Source of the DNA: Ignavibacteriota bacterium
GTDB lineage: Bacteria > Bacteroidota > Ignavibacteria > UBA10030 > UBA6906
Length of the DNA: 64,000 nt
Assembly: GCA_963811705.1 (NCBI GenBank)
Contig: CAWESL010000007.1
Span: forward strand, 218,100-282,099
Direction: 5' to 3'
Part shown: in pieces, positions 9,009-18,608 of the stretch
How the letters are laid out: the number at the start of each line of letters is the position of its first letter
Position numbering within the stretch: position 1 is the stretch's first letter
The notes under the pieces: generated by a model
What the model saw: only the letters and a program-made list of their open reading frames with translations
Told to the model about the DNA's origin: nothing
Database searches by the model: none
Position numbers and translations under genes: made by a program

Positions 9009-10508
9009 ATGAAGCGCATTGTTCTATTGTTCTGTCTCGCGTTTGTCGCCGCCTCAGCCGCCCTGGCGACAAACGGTGTGAAAATGATTGGGTTCAGCGC
9101 GAAGACCGTTGGCATCGGCGGCGCATCCATCGGTACTTTTGATGGTACGGTTCTTATGATGACGAACCCGGCCGGCCTCGGCTTCATCGATGGCTCTGCC
9201 CTCGATGCGAATTTTTCGTTGATGATCCCTTCGCTGAAGTTCACCAATGTTTCGAACGGCGAGACAAACGGGAAGACGAACTATTTCCCGCTTCCCGGGC
9301 TCGCCTATGCCCACGCGAGTGCGGACAACCCGTTTGCCTGGGGAGTCGGCGCGTTCACGCAGGGAGGGATGGGAGCGGATTTCTCGCTCATCAACCCCCT
9401 CTTCCGGGACCAGACCGGCACCCTCACGCCGCAGGAGTATCATTCTCAACTTGCCGTCATGGAAGGTGGACTGAGCGCGGCCTATCGGTTGACCGACAAC
9501 TTTTCCATCGGCGTGTCGGCCCACCTTGTCTACAGTACCCTCGAATTCACCATGCCCTACAGTCTCTCTCCGTCGATCATGAAGGGGATTGCCCAGCCGG
9601 GGATGACGTTCGGACAGATGTTTGCCGCACCGCCGGCCCAGGGCGGCTTTGGCTACACGGAAGTCACCGCACTTGCGGCGATGACGGATCTGACCGCAAT
9701 CGGCTTTTGCGGCAAGATCGGCGTCGCGTACAAGGTCAGCGACCGGTTTACCATCGGGGCCAGCTACACGTCCGCATCCCCGCTGACCTACAAGAACGGC
9801 AAGGCGACGATGGATATGACCGCCCAGTTGACCGACGCGTTCGGGAAGGCCGTTCAAGGCTACATGGCTTCGAACCCTTCCGCAACTGCGGTCCAGGCGC
9901 AACAAGCCGTTGCCGGGCAGTTCGGTCAAATGGGAATCGATCTGACCAAGGGTGCAGTCGCCAACTACAACCTGCAGACCACACTGACACTCCCCCAGTC
10001 AATCGGGATCGGTGCATCATATTCCGCGACCGATCAACTCCGGTTTGCACTCGATGTCGAATGGGTCAACTGGAGTGCGGCATTCGACAAGATGGGGATC
10101 TCGCTTTCCAACGGCTCGAATGCCAATATCAACACGATGCTGGGAAACAGCGGCGCGTTCTCTCTTGATTTTCCGATGAACTGGAAGGACGCCGTCAATG
10201 TCCGGTTGGGTGCGGAGTATGCGCTCGTACCGGCCGTGCTCGTCCGCGCAGGGTACGCCTACGGAAAGAACCCCGTTCCTCCGTCAACCATTTTCCCTGT
10301 GTTCCCCGCCATCGTCGAAAACCATGCAATGGTCGGCGCTTCATGGAATATCACCAGCATCATCGGTCTCCATGTGGCGTACGAAATCGCGCTCAACAAC
10401 AAGGAGACGGCAAGTACGCCGAGCACAGTCGCCCAGGAGTACAACGGATCCGTGAGCCAACTCCTCGAAAATATCTTCCACGCCTCCATTTCCTGGAGCC
10501 TCAAGTAG
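9009..10508 (+). CDS. FadL/OmpP1/TodX-family outer-membrane hydrophobic-compound transporter
   Basis: Signal peptide, then NGVKMIGFSAKTVGIGGASIG...NPAGLGF resembling the FadL/Toluene_X N-terminal hatch region. 499 aa, alternating beta-strand pattern. Confidence 0.6.
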   Translation: MKRIVLLFCLAFVAASAALATNGVKMIGFSAKTVGIGGASIGTFDGTVLMMTNPAGLGFIDGSALDANFSLMIPSLKFTNVSNGETNGKTNYFPLPGLAYAHASADNPFAWGVGAFTQGGMGADFSLINPLFRDQTGTLTPQEYHSQLAVMEGGLSAAYRLTDNFSIGVSAHLVYSTLEFTMPYSLSPSIMKGIAQPGMTFGQMFAAPPAQGGFGYTEVTALAAMTDLTAIGFCGKIGVAYKVSDRFTIGASYTSASPLTYKNGKATMDMTAQLTDAFGKAVQGYMASNPSATAVQAQQAVAGQFGQMGIDLTKGAVANYNLQTTLTLPQSIGIGASYSATDQLRFALDVEWVNWSAAFDKMGISLSNGSNANINTMLGNSGAFSLDFPMNWKDAVNVRLGAEYALVPAVLVRAGYAYGKNPVPPSTIFPVFPAIVENHAMVGASWNITSIIGLHVAYEIALNNKETASTPSTVAQEYNGSVSQLLENIFHASISWSLK

Positions 10509-10537
10509 GAAGTCGGCAAAAGGGTTTTCACAAAAGG

Positions 10538-10580
10538 CAACGGCGATCCCGAACGAGGTCGCCGTTGTTGTTTTCGTTTA
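10538..10580. terminator. bidirectional rho-independent terminator between convergent FadL-like and lplA genes
   Basis: Hairpin caacggcga-tcccgaacgagg-tcgccgttg followed by ttgttttcgttt. Confidence 0.5.
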
Positions 10581-10604
10581 ATGAGGGCAGCGCCGGAGCG
10601 GGAG

Positions 10605-11690
10605 TTACAGCGCAGGAGGGACGGGGTTCACCGCAGCCAGGAATGCCCGGCCGAAATCCTCTTCCGCCAGGCCAGGCGACGTGATCGGCAAATCGCGATA
10701 GACTTCACGCACGCGGGCGACGACAGAACGATCGTCTGCATGCACACCGCGCAATGCCGTCTCAACACTGCCGAGGCCGAGTGCAGGGAGCATCGTGAAA
10801 TCGCCCGACAGGGAAATATCTTCGATGCGGTCCCCCGTGAGCCGCGCCGTCAGACGGAGAAGTCCCCCGGGAGCCTTCCATGCCCCTTCGACAATTCGTA
10901 CATCTTCATGGATCTTCACTCCCACGGGGCGCAGCCCTCCCCGCTGCAGCATCCATTCCTCCGATTGGAATCGACGATCCACTTCTACCGCCGCCGCCTC
11001 TTCCCGCTCCGTCCACACCCCCGGGAGGATTTCCGCATCAAGCACTTTCTCGCAGTTCCGAACGTAGAGACCCTTGACATCATCACGAGGAGGCGACGAG
11101 CCGAGCTGCTCGGTGATGGTGGTCATGTACTGCTCGAGACCCTCGACGATTTTGTCTCGCATTTTTTCCGACGACACCCTGAGAACCTTCGCCATCGTCT
11201 TCTTGTCGAACGTGAACATGAGACTCCCGACCACGACATCGGCGACGCCGATCTGCGCCGCCCCCGTCCCGCCGATTTTCTTTCCCCCGACATGGATATC
11301 GTTGACCGGTCGATGATAGGCATTGATCCCGAGTGCCTGGTAGGTCTCCACAAGCGGTCGGATATACACGGCGAAGCGCTCGACCAGATCCGCCGGAAGA
11401 TGTCCCGGCTGGAAGATCCATTGCGCGAAGACCTGTCCGCTATCGAGATAGACGGCGCCGCCTCCCACTTCGCGACGGTAGATGGGAAGTCCGCGCGACC
11501 GGCAGTGGTCGACATCGACTTCCTTCCGGAGATCCTGATGGTAGCCGATGCAGACGTAGGGACTGGAGGGACTGGCGAGGATGATGGTGTCCGGAGTTTC
11601 GGGGAGCATCGCATGACCGACCGCGTGGTAGACGGTCTGCGACCGGAGGGGGGAGACGTTCGTAAGATCAAGCAGCCTCACACGCTTCAC
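10605..11690 (-). CDS. lplA: lipoate-protein ligase A family protein
   Basis: 361 aa. N-terminus KRVRLLDL..., the conserved GGKKIGGTGAAQ (LplA GxKIxGsAQ-type motif) and an LplA C-terminal domain. The GTG start overlaps the hypC stop (GTGA). Confidence 0.8.
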   Translation of the reverse strand: MKRVRLLDLTNVSPLRSQTVYHAVGHAMLPETPDTIILASPSSPYVCIGYHQDLRKEVDVDHCRSRGLPIYRREVGGGAVYLDSGQVFAQWIFQPGHLPADLVERFAVYIRPLVETYQALGINAYHRPVNDIHVGGKKIGGTGAAQIGVADVVVGSLMFTFDKKTMAKVLRVSSEKMRDKIVEGLEQYMTTITEQLGSSPPRDDVKGLYVRNCEKVLDAEILPGVWTEREEAAAVEVDRRFQSEEWMLQRGGLRPVGVKIHEDVRIVEGAWKAPGGLLRLTARLTGDRIEDISLSGDFTMLPALGLGSVETALRGVHADDRSVVARVREVYRDLPITSPGLAEEDFGRAFLAAVNPVPPAL

Positions 11691-11959
11691 GGCAATGGCT
11701 CCGAGCCCGGCGGGAGGGTTTCCAGGTCGCGCAACTCATCGTTCATCTTCAGGAAGCCGAAAATCTCCGCCGCCGCTTCTTCGTCGATCTTGCTGAGCGC
11801 GAATCCGACATGGACGACCACATAGTCCCCGACCTGGACATCAGGAACGTAGGCGAGGCTCACGTCTTTGGAGATTCCGCCGAATTCCACCTTGCCGATG
11901 GTCATGCCGAGCGGATTGGTCTCGATGCGCACAACTTTGCCGGGAACACCTAGACACAT
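11687..11959 (-). CDS. hypC: [NiFe] hydrogenase maturation chaperone HypC/HupF
   Basis: N-terminal MCLGVPGKVV signature and a length of 90 aa. Confidence 0.85.
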   Translation of the reverse strand: MCLGVPGKVVRIETNPLGMTIGKVEFGGISKDVSLAYVPDVQVGDYVVVHVGFALSKIDEEAAAEIFGFLKMNDELRDLETLPPGSEPLP

Positions 11960-12002
11960 TTTCGAATTTGGCGTTTGAATTTTGGAAATGGGAATGGCTT
12001 GC

Positions 12003-12491
12003 TTACGATGTTCCTGACTCCCAGTCTTGGAGGATCCGCTTCACCCTGGCCGTCATCTCGTTCGACACGGCTTCCACCGCCGACGTCATGCCGAATCCAA
12101 CCGAGATATCCATCGGCTGTACCCCGATGAGGTGCAGATGTTCCGGCAGTTTTCCCCTGATCTGCGCAAGACCCAGAACCTCCTGAAACGTCACCTGGTG
12201 CTGGGACATTTTCACTCCTGAGAAGAGCGGGATCGCATCTCGGGAAAGCTCGACCACCGTTGCCGGCGGCTTCCCGGCATTGACCGCATCGAGGAGGAGC
12301 AGATGGCTGCACTCCTCCACGAGCGGCAGCAGATTCAGGCCGAGCGTACCGCCATCGACAAACTCGAACGACGTCCGGGATTCCATCTGCTCCCGCAGCC
12401 TGGCGAGCAGATGGACCCCGACACCTTCATCCCGGTTCAGCGTGTTGCCGAGACCGAGCACGATTTTCCTCCCTGCCGCCGGTTCGTTCAT
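12003..12491 (-). CDS. hupD: hydrogenase maturation endopeptidase (HyaD/HybD/HupD family)
   Basis: LGLGNTLNRDEGVGVHLLARL matches the GxGNxxxxDDGxG protease motif. Its ATG overlaps the hynL stop (ATGA). Confidence 0.85.
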   Translation of the reverse strand: MNEPAAGRKIVLGLGNTLNRDEGVGVHLLARLREQMESRTSFEFVDGGTLGLNLLPLVEECSHLLLLDAVNAGKPPATVVELSRDAIPLFSGVKMSQHQVTFQEVLGLAQIRGKLPEHLHLIGVQPMDISVGFGMTSAVEAVSNEMTARVKRILQDWESGTS

Positions 12492-14220
12492 TGCAGAACA
12501 ACGTTCAGCTCGGTGGAGACGTTCCCAACGTCCTTGCCTTCAGCGTCGATCATGTGGATGGCACACGCCATGCACGGATCGAAGGAATGGATGGTGCGCA
12601 AGATTTCGAGTGGCCACTCGGGTTTTTCCATTTTCGTCCCGACAAGAGAGGATTCGTAGGCGCCTTCCTGCCCCTTGTGGTCTCGCGGAGACGCGTTCAG
12701 GTCGTCGGCACGACGAGTTGGTAGTTCGCGATCTTGCCATCGTCGATGACGATCCAGTGTCCGAGCGCGCCGCGGGGTGCCTCCATGAAACCGAACCCCT
12801 CCGCGTGTGACGGCCAGGTGCCGGGATCCCACTTGTCGTTGTGAAGGTCCGAGTGTTCCCGGCCTTGATCTCGGCGATAAGCTCGCCGTAAAACTCGCGC
12901 AGCCAGTCTGCGATGACTTTGGTCTCGATCGCCCGCGCCGCCGTCCGTCCAAGCGTCGAAAACACCGCGCTGATCGGCGCATCGAGTTTCTTGAGCGTCA
13001 GCCGACAAGCTCTCGCGTTTGCTCATGGCCTTTCGCGTACAGCGCAAGGACGCGCGCGAGGGGGCCGACTTCCATCGGCGCTTCATTCCATCGCGGGGAC
13101 TTCAGCCAGGAATACTTCTGTTCGACCTCGAGGTTTTTATACGGCGATTTCGGCCCCGTGAAATTGAGTTCTGTTTCGCCGCGCCAGGGATGAAGACCGA
13201 CCTGGTCGCCACCGCTGTACTTGTACCAGCTATGGGCAATGAATTCCTTCATTTTGTCGAAATCCCGCGGATCTGGCTCGATGATGTTCGCGAGATCCTT
13301 GTTCATGATCGCGACACGGGGGAACAGGTACTTTGACGTGTCTTTCGGATCAACGCCGGGGAATTCTCCCACGTCAGGAAATTGCCGAGCTCACCGCCGA
13401 TGCCCGCGTAGTCTTTATAGTACGGGGCTATGGCGAGGATATCGGGGATGTAGACCTGATCGACGAACTCGACGATCTTGTCGATCGAATCGGCGATGAT
13501 CGCGAGGCGTTCCGCGTTCAATGCGGTGTCGCTGTTGAGATCGATCGGCATCGGGATGCCGCCCACCACGAAATTCGGGTGCGGTTCTTTCCCCCGAAGA
13601 TCGTGTGCATCTTGTCACATGCCGCTGCCAATCAAGGGCTTCGAGGTAGTGCGCGACGGCGAGCAGGTTGATCTCCGCCGGGAGCTTGTACGCCGGGTGC
13701 CCCCAGTAGGCATTCGAGAAGATCGACAGTTGCCCGCTCGTTGCGATGCCTTGCACCTTCTTCTGCACATCGGCGAAGTAGGCGGGAGAAGAATTGCCCC
13801 ACGCGGAAATCGCCTGTTGGATTTCCGAGGTCTTCTTTGGATCCGCCTTGAGCGCGGCGACGACGTCCACCCAATCGAGCGCATGGAGGTGATAGAAATG
13901 CATGACGTGATCGTGGATGTACTGTTGCGCGATCATCATGTTACGGACGATATTCGCCGCCTGGGGAATCCGGATGTCGAGGGCATCTTCGACCGACTGG
14001 ATGGACGCAAACGCGTGCACGGTGGTGCAGACCCCGCAGGCACGCTGGGTGAACGCCACGCTTCCCGCGGGTCCCGCCCTTTCAGGATGATTTCCATTCC
14101 CCGGACTATGGTGCCGGATGAATATGCCTTCGTGATGGTGTTGCTTTCATCCAGTTCGGCTTCGATCCTGAGGTGTCCCTCGATGCGGGAAATCGGATCA
14201 ACGACGATACGATGTGCCAT
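12488..14220 (-). pseudogene. hynL: [NiFe] hydrogenase large subunit (HynL/HyaB-like), interrupted by ~7-8 single-base frameshifts
   Basis: Homologous segments appear in successive frames. First [20 protein letters not shown]..., then [14 protein letters not shown] (the RxCGxC Ni-binding motif), then ...VGGIPMPIDLN..., then ...[10 protein letters not shown]..., then [13 protein letters not shown]..., then [10 protein letters not shown]...VVPTT, then NASPRD...HSFDPCMACAIHMI (the C-terminal DPCxxCxxH motif). Together they are collinear with E. coli HyaB. AGGAG lies upstream of the ATG at 14220. Confidence 0.85.
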
Positions 14221-14230
14221 ACACGTTCTC

Positions 14231-14584
14231 CTATTGGTTGCGGAGCCAGTCGAGGCCCTCGGCTTCATTCTCGAAATTGCGCACCGCGTGGGCGTAGTAA
14301 CTCTCGTCAATATCCAGTGTCCCCGGCGGCAGGATTCCCCCGATGATCGCCGCCACCGGCATCATGGGCCGGAGCTGACGAATGTGCCGCGCGCATTCCA
14401 CGACAGGAGTGCCGGTGAGATCGATGAGGAGTTTTCCCCGATAGTCCCTGAAAAACGTCGCGAGCGATTGGATGTCTTCGGGCGAAAACGTTCCACTATG
14501 CCTGCAGCGCATGATCCCTTTTTCCACTGGTGTCAGATTGAACGATGCCATGCTATCATCTCCGGGAAAAGTTCGGGCAGCCAA
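14231..14584 (-). CDS. hypothetical 117-aa protein inserted between isp2 and hynL
   Basis: ORF whose stop lies 10 nt upstream of hynL. No confident family match. It has weak receiver/STAS-like character ([21 protein letters not shown]). Confidence 0.35.
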   Translation of the reverse strand: MAARTFPGDDSMASFNLTPVEKGIMRCRHSGTFSPEDIQSLATFFRDYRGKLLIDLTGTPVVECARHIRQLRPMMPVAAIIGGILPPGTLDIDESYYAHAVRNFENEAEGLDWLRNQ

Positions 14585-14587
14585 AGA

Positions 14588-15846
14588 CTATTCCATTGCT
14601 TCCGCCACCATCTGCGACAGTCCCCTGACCTTGATGTCAAGATGGAAGTGTTCAACGCTGTCGGTGTACTGCAGTCTGCAATTGGAACAGGTCATCGTGA
14701 CGGTCTTCGCGCCGACGGCCTGCAGTTGCCGCATCTTCAGCTCGAACACGCCGTAGCGGTTCGCATCGGCTTCTTTGATGGCGATCACCCCTCCGCCACC
14801 GCCGCAGCAGACCGACTGCTCCTTGTTTGGCGTCATCTCCTTGAAGGCATTCGGGGCAAGGATTTGCAGGATCTCGCGGGGCTCCTGGATGTGTGATCGC
14901 GCCGCTGGATCTTGCACGCGTCGTGAAACGTGAGAACGCCGTCCCCGTCGAACGCCCCCTTCTTCAGGGTGAGTCTCCCCGCCTTGATGTAGTCCATGGT
15001 AACACCGACGATGTGAACAATCTCCAGGCCTTCGGGGACTTTCATCATGTTCGCCGCGGTCCACCGGAGGGCGTCGTAGGCATGTCCACATTCCGTGACC
15101 AGCAGCCGCTTCACGCCGAGATCCTTTGCCGCGTCAAAGAGCCGCTGCATGAACAATATGGTCCGCTCGTTGCTTCCTTCAAAGAACCCGAAATTCACCA
15201 CCTCGCGACCGGCGCTGCTGACAGTCCATTTCTCCCCGGCCTTGGTGAGGATCTTCGCAATCGCGGCGATGGTCTCGGGGAACTTCATGATCTCGATGGA
15301 GGTGAACACCACGAGCGTGTCGGAACTCTTGACGTCCGTCGGAATTTCGACCTCCCACTCGTCGGCGATCCACTCCATGCGCTGTTCCCACACCGACTGG
15401 GTGGCGCCGAGCGGACTGCCCTCCTCGACCTGCTTCTTGACCGCTGCCATCAGGTCGGCCGGGACAACCCCGGCATTGGACATCGCTGTCCGCACATCGT
15501 GGATCATTGGACTGAGCTGGATCCCCATCGGACAGACCATCGCGCATTTATTGCAGAGCGTGCACGCTTCATACACGATGGTGCTCCAGTGCGCGATGTC
15601 CTCATCGGTTATTTTCTTATCCATCCCGAGTGCGAGCTTCGCCCGTCCGCCAAGGGTACAACGCTGCTCGTACGCCCGGCGGAGAAGCTCCACTTTCCAC
15701 ACCGGTGCAAACTCCGGGTTATTCATCGCTTCGTAAAAGTGACACGCCTCGGCGCAGATGCCGCACCGAGTGCACGCTTCGAGCTGCGAGGCCAACCATC
15801 CGCCGGTCTCCTCGATGAACGTCGTGAGGGCTTGTTCGGTTGCCAT
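14588..15846 (-). pseudogene. isp2: Isp2: HdrD/GlpC-like Fe-S protein with two CCG domains, one frameshift near 14900
   Basis: MATEQ... contains two CxxCxxCxxxC(P) ferredoxin motifs (CTRCGICAEAC, CTLCNKCAMVCP), a first CCG-type domain (ECGHAYD...TFHDACKIQRR), then a frame switch into the second CCG domain (PREILQ...CCGGGGGVIAIKEADA...CSNCRLQ). A GAGGAGG SD precedes the ATG at 15846. Confidence 0.75.
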
Positions 15847-15860
15847 GACGGGCCTCCTCG

Positions 15861-16538
15861 TTACGGTGTGACGGCGCGTTTGCCGAACTGCGCGCCGTGA
15901 ATGGTCCGGGAAAAGAAATAGAACATGAAATGCGAAATTCTGCTGAACGGAATCCAGAGCAACATGATGTCGACCGAAAGCACATGAAGCGCAAACAGCA
16001 TTTGATACGGCGAGAACAAATGATGCGCCATCAGGTACCCCGTGATCATCGGGAGAAACACCACGAGCCAATTCACGACCTCCGCGACACCGGTCAGGAG
16101 CTTCAATACCGGATCGATGAAGCGGTTGATCAGGAGGGCCGCCATGGCGATGATCGTCACTGCGGCAAGCCAGTCGATGATCGGTACCGGGATCGTCGTC
16201 CAACTGAGCCCCAGGAGACTCTTCCACACGAGCATGTGCGGCGTTCCGAGGAAGACAATCACAAATAGCCCGAGATGGAACAGGCCGCCCGCAAGGTACA
16301 TGACCGGTTTTTTCGAAAACGTGTTCTTCACCCAGGGGATAAACGGCCAGATGACAATCCCCTTGAGGTACGTGATGGCGACCCCTTTCGCCTTGCTCTC
16401 TTTGGACGGGACCCTGTCGCGACTCCATCCCAGCAGAAGGACGCGCATCAGCCGGTACGCCATTCCGCCGACGAACACGATGAGCGCCACGTTAAAGAAG
16501 GGCCCCCGTGCGAATTCAAGTGTTTCATTCCAGTTCAT
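15861..16538 (-). CDS. isp1: Isp1: NarI/DsrM-like dihaem cytochrome b membrane anchor
   Basis: 225 aa, about 5 predicted TM helices with conserved His residues (FHLGL, TPHML, AHHLF, ALHVL). It sits between hynS and isp2, as in Isp-type hydrogenase loci. Confidence 0.65.
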   Translation of the reverse strand: MNWNETLEFARGPFFNVALIVFVGGMAYRLMRVLLLGWSRDRVPSKESKAKGVAITYLKGIVIWPFIPWVKNTFSKKPVMYLAGGLFHLGLFVIVFLGTPHMLVWKSLLGLSWTTIPVPIIDWLAAVTIIAMAALLINRFIDPVLKLLTGVAEVVNWLVVFLPMITGYLMAHHLFSPYQMLFALHVLSVDIMLLWIPFSRISHFMFYFFSRTIHGAQFGKRAVTP

Positions 16539-16547
16539 GGCAGTCTC

Positions 16548-17657
16548 CTATTCAGCAGTGACATGCTTCTTGGAGGCGCGATTGCCTGCGGCCACTCCCG
16601 CGCCAACCACCGCGCCAGCGCCTGCGGCGATCCCGAGGGCGGTGAGTGTCGGCTTGCTGAGCGGCGCCGATTGACCCTGATAAAACCCTCCGCCGTCCCA
16701 GAAATTCGGCTCCGAGCAACCTAGACACGGGTGCCCCGATTGGATCGGGAACGAAAGACCGCGGTCCCATTTGATTGTCGCGCACGCATTGTACGTTGTC
16801 GGACCTTTGCAGCCGAGTTTGTAGAGACACCAGCCTTTTCGCGCTCCTTCGTCGTCGAAGGAAAGTGCGAATTTCCCGGCCTCATAGAATGGCCTGCGCA
16901 GGCAGCGGTCATGGATCGTGTTGCCGTAAAACGTCTTCGGCCGGTTAAGCTCGTCGAGCTCGGGAAGCGTCCCGAACACCAGGAACTGGGCGAGCGTGCC
17001 GGTAAAGACTTCAGGAATCGCGGGACAGCCCGGAATATTCACCACGGGTTTGTCGGTGATGATCTCCGCGATCCCTTTCGCTTCGGTGGGATTGGGCTTC
17101 GCCTTCGGAATCCCGCCAAAGGTCGCGCAATTTCCCGTCGCAACGATCGCCAACGCACCGGCCGCCGCTTCTTTGAGCAGGTCGTTGGCCGACCGGCCGC
17201 CGATCGTGCAATAATCACCGTTGATGCCGAGAGGCACGGAACCTTCTACCACGAGGACATACTTCCCTGCGTACTTCTTCATTGTCTCCATCTTGTTCTC
17301 TTCGAGCTGAAATCCCGAAGCAGCCGAAAGCGTCTCGTGGTACTCAATGGAGATCTTGTTCAGGACGAGATCAATCAGTGTGGGCGATTGTGAGCGCGTG
17401 AGCGCTTCGCTGCATCCTGCACAGTCCTGAAATTCAAGCCAGATGACGGGCACCCGTGGCCGCGACGCAAGCGCTTTTCCCACCACGTCCGCGCCGGTGC
17501 CGTTGGACGCGAGAACAGACTCCGGGAAACCGCTCGCCTTCCACGGGGGAAAAGAATTCAACCCCATCGCTCCTGCCAGGAGACCGCACAGCTTCACAAA
17601 ATCCCGGCGCGTCACGCCTTCACGCCGGAGATGCTGATAGATTGTCTCTTCAGACAT
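16548..17657 (-). CDS. hynS: [NiFe] hydrogenase small subunit with Tat signal and C-terminal membrane anchor
   Basis: RRDFVK Tat motif, PVIWLEFQDCAGCSE and the proximal, medial and distal Fe-S cluster Cys ligands. C-terminal hydrophobic anchor. GGAGG SD upstream. Confidence 0.9.
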   Translation of the reverse strand: MSEETIYQHLRREGVTRRDFVKLCGLLAGAMGLNSFPPWKASGFPESVLASNGTGADVVGKALASRPRVPVIWLEFQDCAGCSEALTRSQSPTLIDLVLNKISIEYHETLSAASGFQLEENKMETMKKYAGKYVLVVEGSVPLGINGDYCTIGGRSANDLLKEAAAGALAIVATGNCATFGGIPKAKPNPTEAKGIAEIITDKPVVNIPGCPAIPEVFTGTLAQFLVFGTLPELDELNRPKTFYGNTIHDRCLRRPFYEAGKFALSFDDEGARKGWCLYKLGCKGPTTYNACATIKWDRGLSFPIQSGHPCLGCSEPNFWDGGGFYQGQSAPLSKPTLTALGIAAGAGAVVGAGVAAGNRASKKHVTAE

Positions 17658-17675
17658 GTGTTCCTCCGCAAGGAT

Positions 17676-18122
17676 TCACTGACATGAGATGCCGTCGGCT
17701 TCGAGCTTGGCCTGATACTTTGCAATGCCTTCGGGTCCGGTGACAAGGGTGCCTTTTTCACCATCCCAATCATTGGCCTTCATCTCCGCGATCCACCCTT
17801 CACCGTAAGGATCGGCGATCGCGATATTCGGATCCTGCGCCAGCTTCTCGTTTGCGCGCTGCAGAATGCCGGTGACCGGCGCCGGCACAGGCCCGACGAA
17901 CTTGCTGCTCTCCACGGTCGCGACACTCTTCCCTTGTTTGACCTCCTGGCCGATGTTTTTCGCCTTTACGGTGATCGCCGCGAGCTTCCCGCCGGACAGC
18001 TTCGCCGCGACTGAGGTCATGCCGATGCGAATGATCCCTCCGTCCATCGGTTTCGCCCAAACGTGCTTCTCGATATTATAGAAGAGATCGTCGGGCAGAT
18101 GACAGCCACGAATCGTCGCCAT
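17676..18122 (-). CDS. GcvH-like lipoyl-carrier protein (stand-alone, LbpA-like)
   Basis: 148 aa collinear with E. coli GcvH: EKHVWAKP..., a lipoyl-lysine motif VESSKFVGPVPAPVTG and DPYGEGWIAEMK near the C-terminus. No gcvT or gcvP nearby. Confidence 0.8.
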   Translation of the reverse strand: MATIRGCHLPDDLFYNIEKHVWAKPMDGGIIRIGMTSVAAKLSGGKLAAITVKAKNIGQEVKQGKSVATVESSKFVGPVPAPVTGILQRANEKLAQDPNIAIADPYGEGWIAEMKANDWDGEKGTLVTGPEGIAKYQAKLEADGISCQ

Positions 18123-18137
18123 GGTTCGTTTTTCTCC

Positions 18138-18527
18138 TTAGAAGGTCAGTGTCGTTTTGGCTTCTTCGGACATTTGCCACATCGCTGCACCGCCCACCAT
18201 CTTTATTCCATCAAGCAAATCGGATGGTTGGAGGTCGTGCAGTTCCGTCGAGGCGGTGCAAGCGGTAAACTTCACCCCTGCGTCCATGGCGTCCTTGAGA
18301 AAGTCCGACACCGGCTTGCCGCCGGCCTTCGGATAGACGGTTTCCGCCATTCCCTTCTTCAGGAGCAGCGTTCCGTCGATGGTAAAGAACATGGTGACGT
18401 CATATTCCATGGCCGCTGCAAGCGTGGCGAAAAAGAACGGCGTCGCACACCGCCGGGGTGTGTCGGGACCGCTGGTCATAATAATGAGAATCTTGTCATC
18501 CATGATAACAGTCCTCGAAGAGCACAT
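18138..18527 (-). CDS. DsrE/DsrF-like sulfur-relay family protein
   Basis: About 120-129 aa (a likely start at MDDKILIIM near 18503), YchN/DsrE fold pattern and a conserved Cys in GVKFTACTAS. Confidence 0.6.
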   Translation of the reverse strand: MCSSRTVIMDDKILIIMTSGPDTPRRCATPFFFATLAAAMEYDVTMFFTIDGTLLLKKGMAETVYPKAGGKPVSDFLKDAMDAGVKFTACTASTELHDLQPSDLLDGIKMVGGAAMWQMSEEAKTTLTF

Positions 18528-18608
18528 CAGGAATTTGAGTGGAATGGAAAGAACGGAACCGCGGGAGAAGAGTCAAAGAGCGTTCAGCGAAATCGAACAG
18601 CGTTGCGT

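Noticed and set aside
10581-11825. 414-aa plus-strand ORF
   Set aside because: Antisense to lplA and hypC, low-complexity Arg/Pro-rich, no motifs.
13478-14896. 472-aa ORF on the plus strand
   Set aside because: It lies antisense to hynL and isp2 in GC-rich DNA. No domain features, it overlaps well-supported genes and it has an Arg/Gly-rich low-complexity composition typical of spurious antisense ORFs.
14833-16428. 531-aa minus-strand ORF spanning isp1 and isp2
   Set aside because: Its first ~195 aa are an out-of-frame read-through of the isp1 region with no similarity to anything. The real isp2 starts at MATEQ (15846), has its own GAGGAGG SD, and isp1 is encoded in another frame over 15861-16538.
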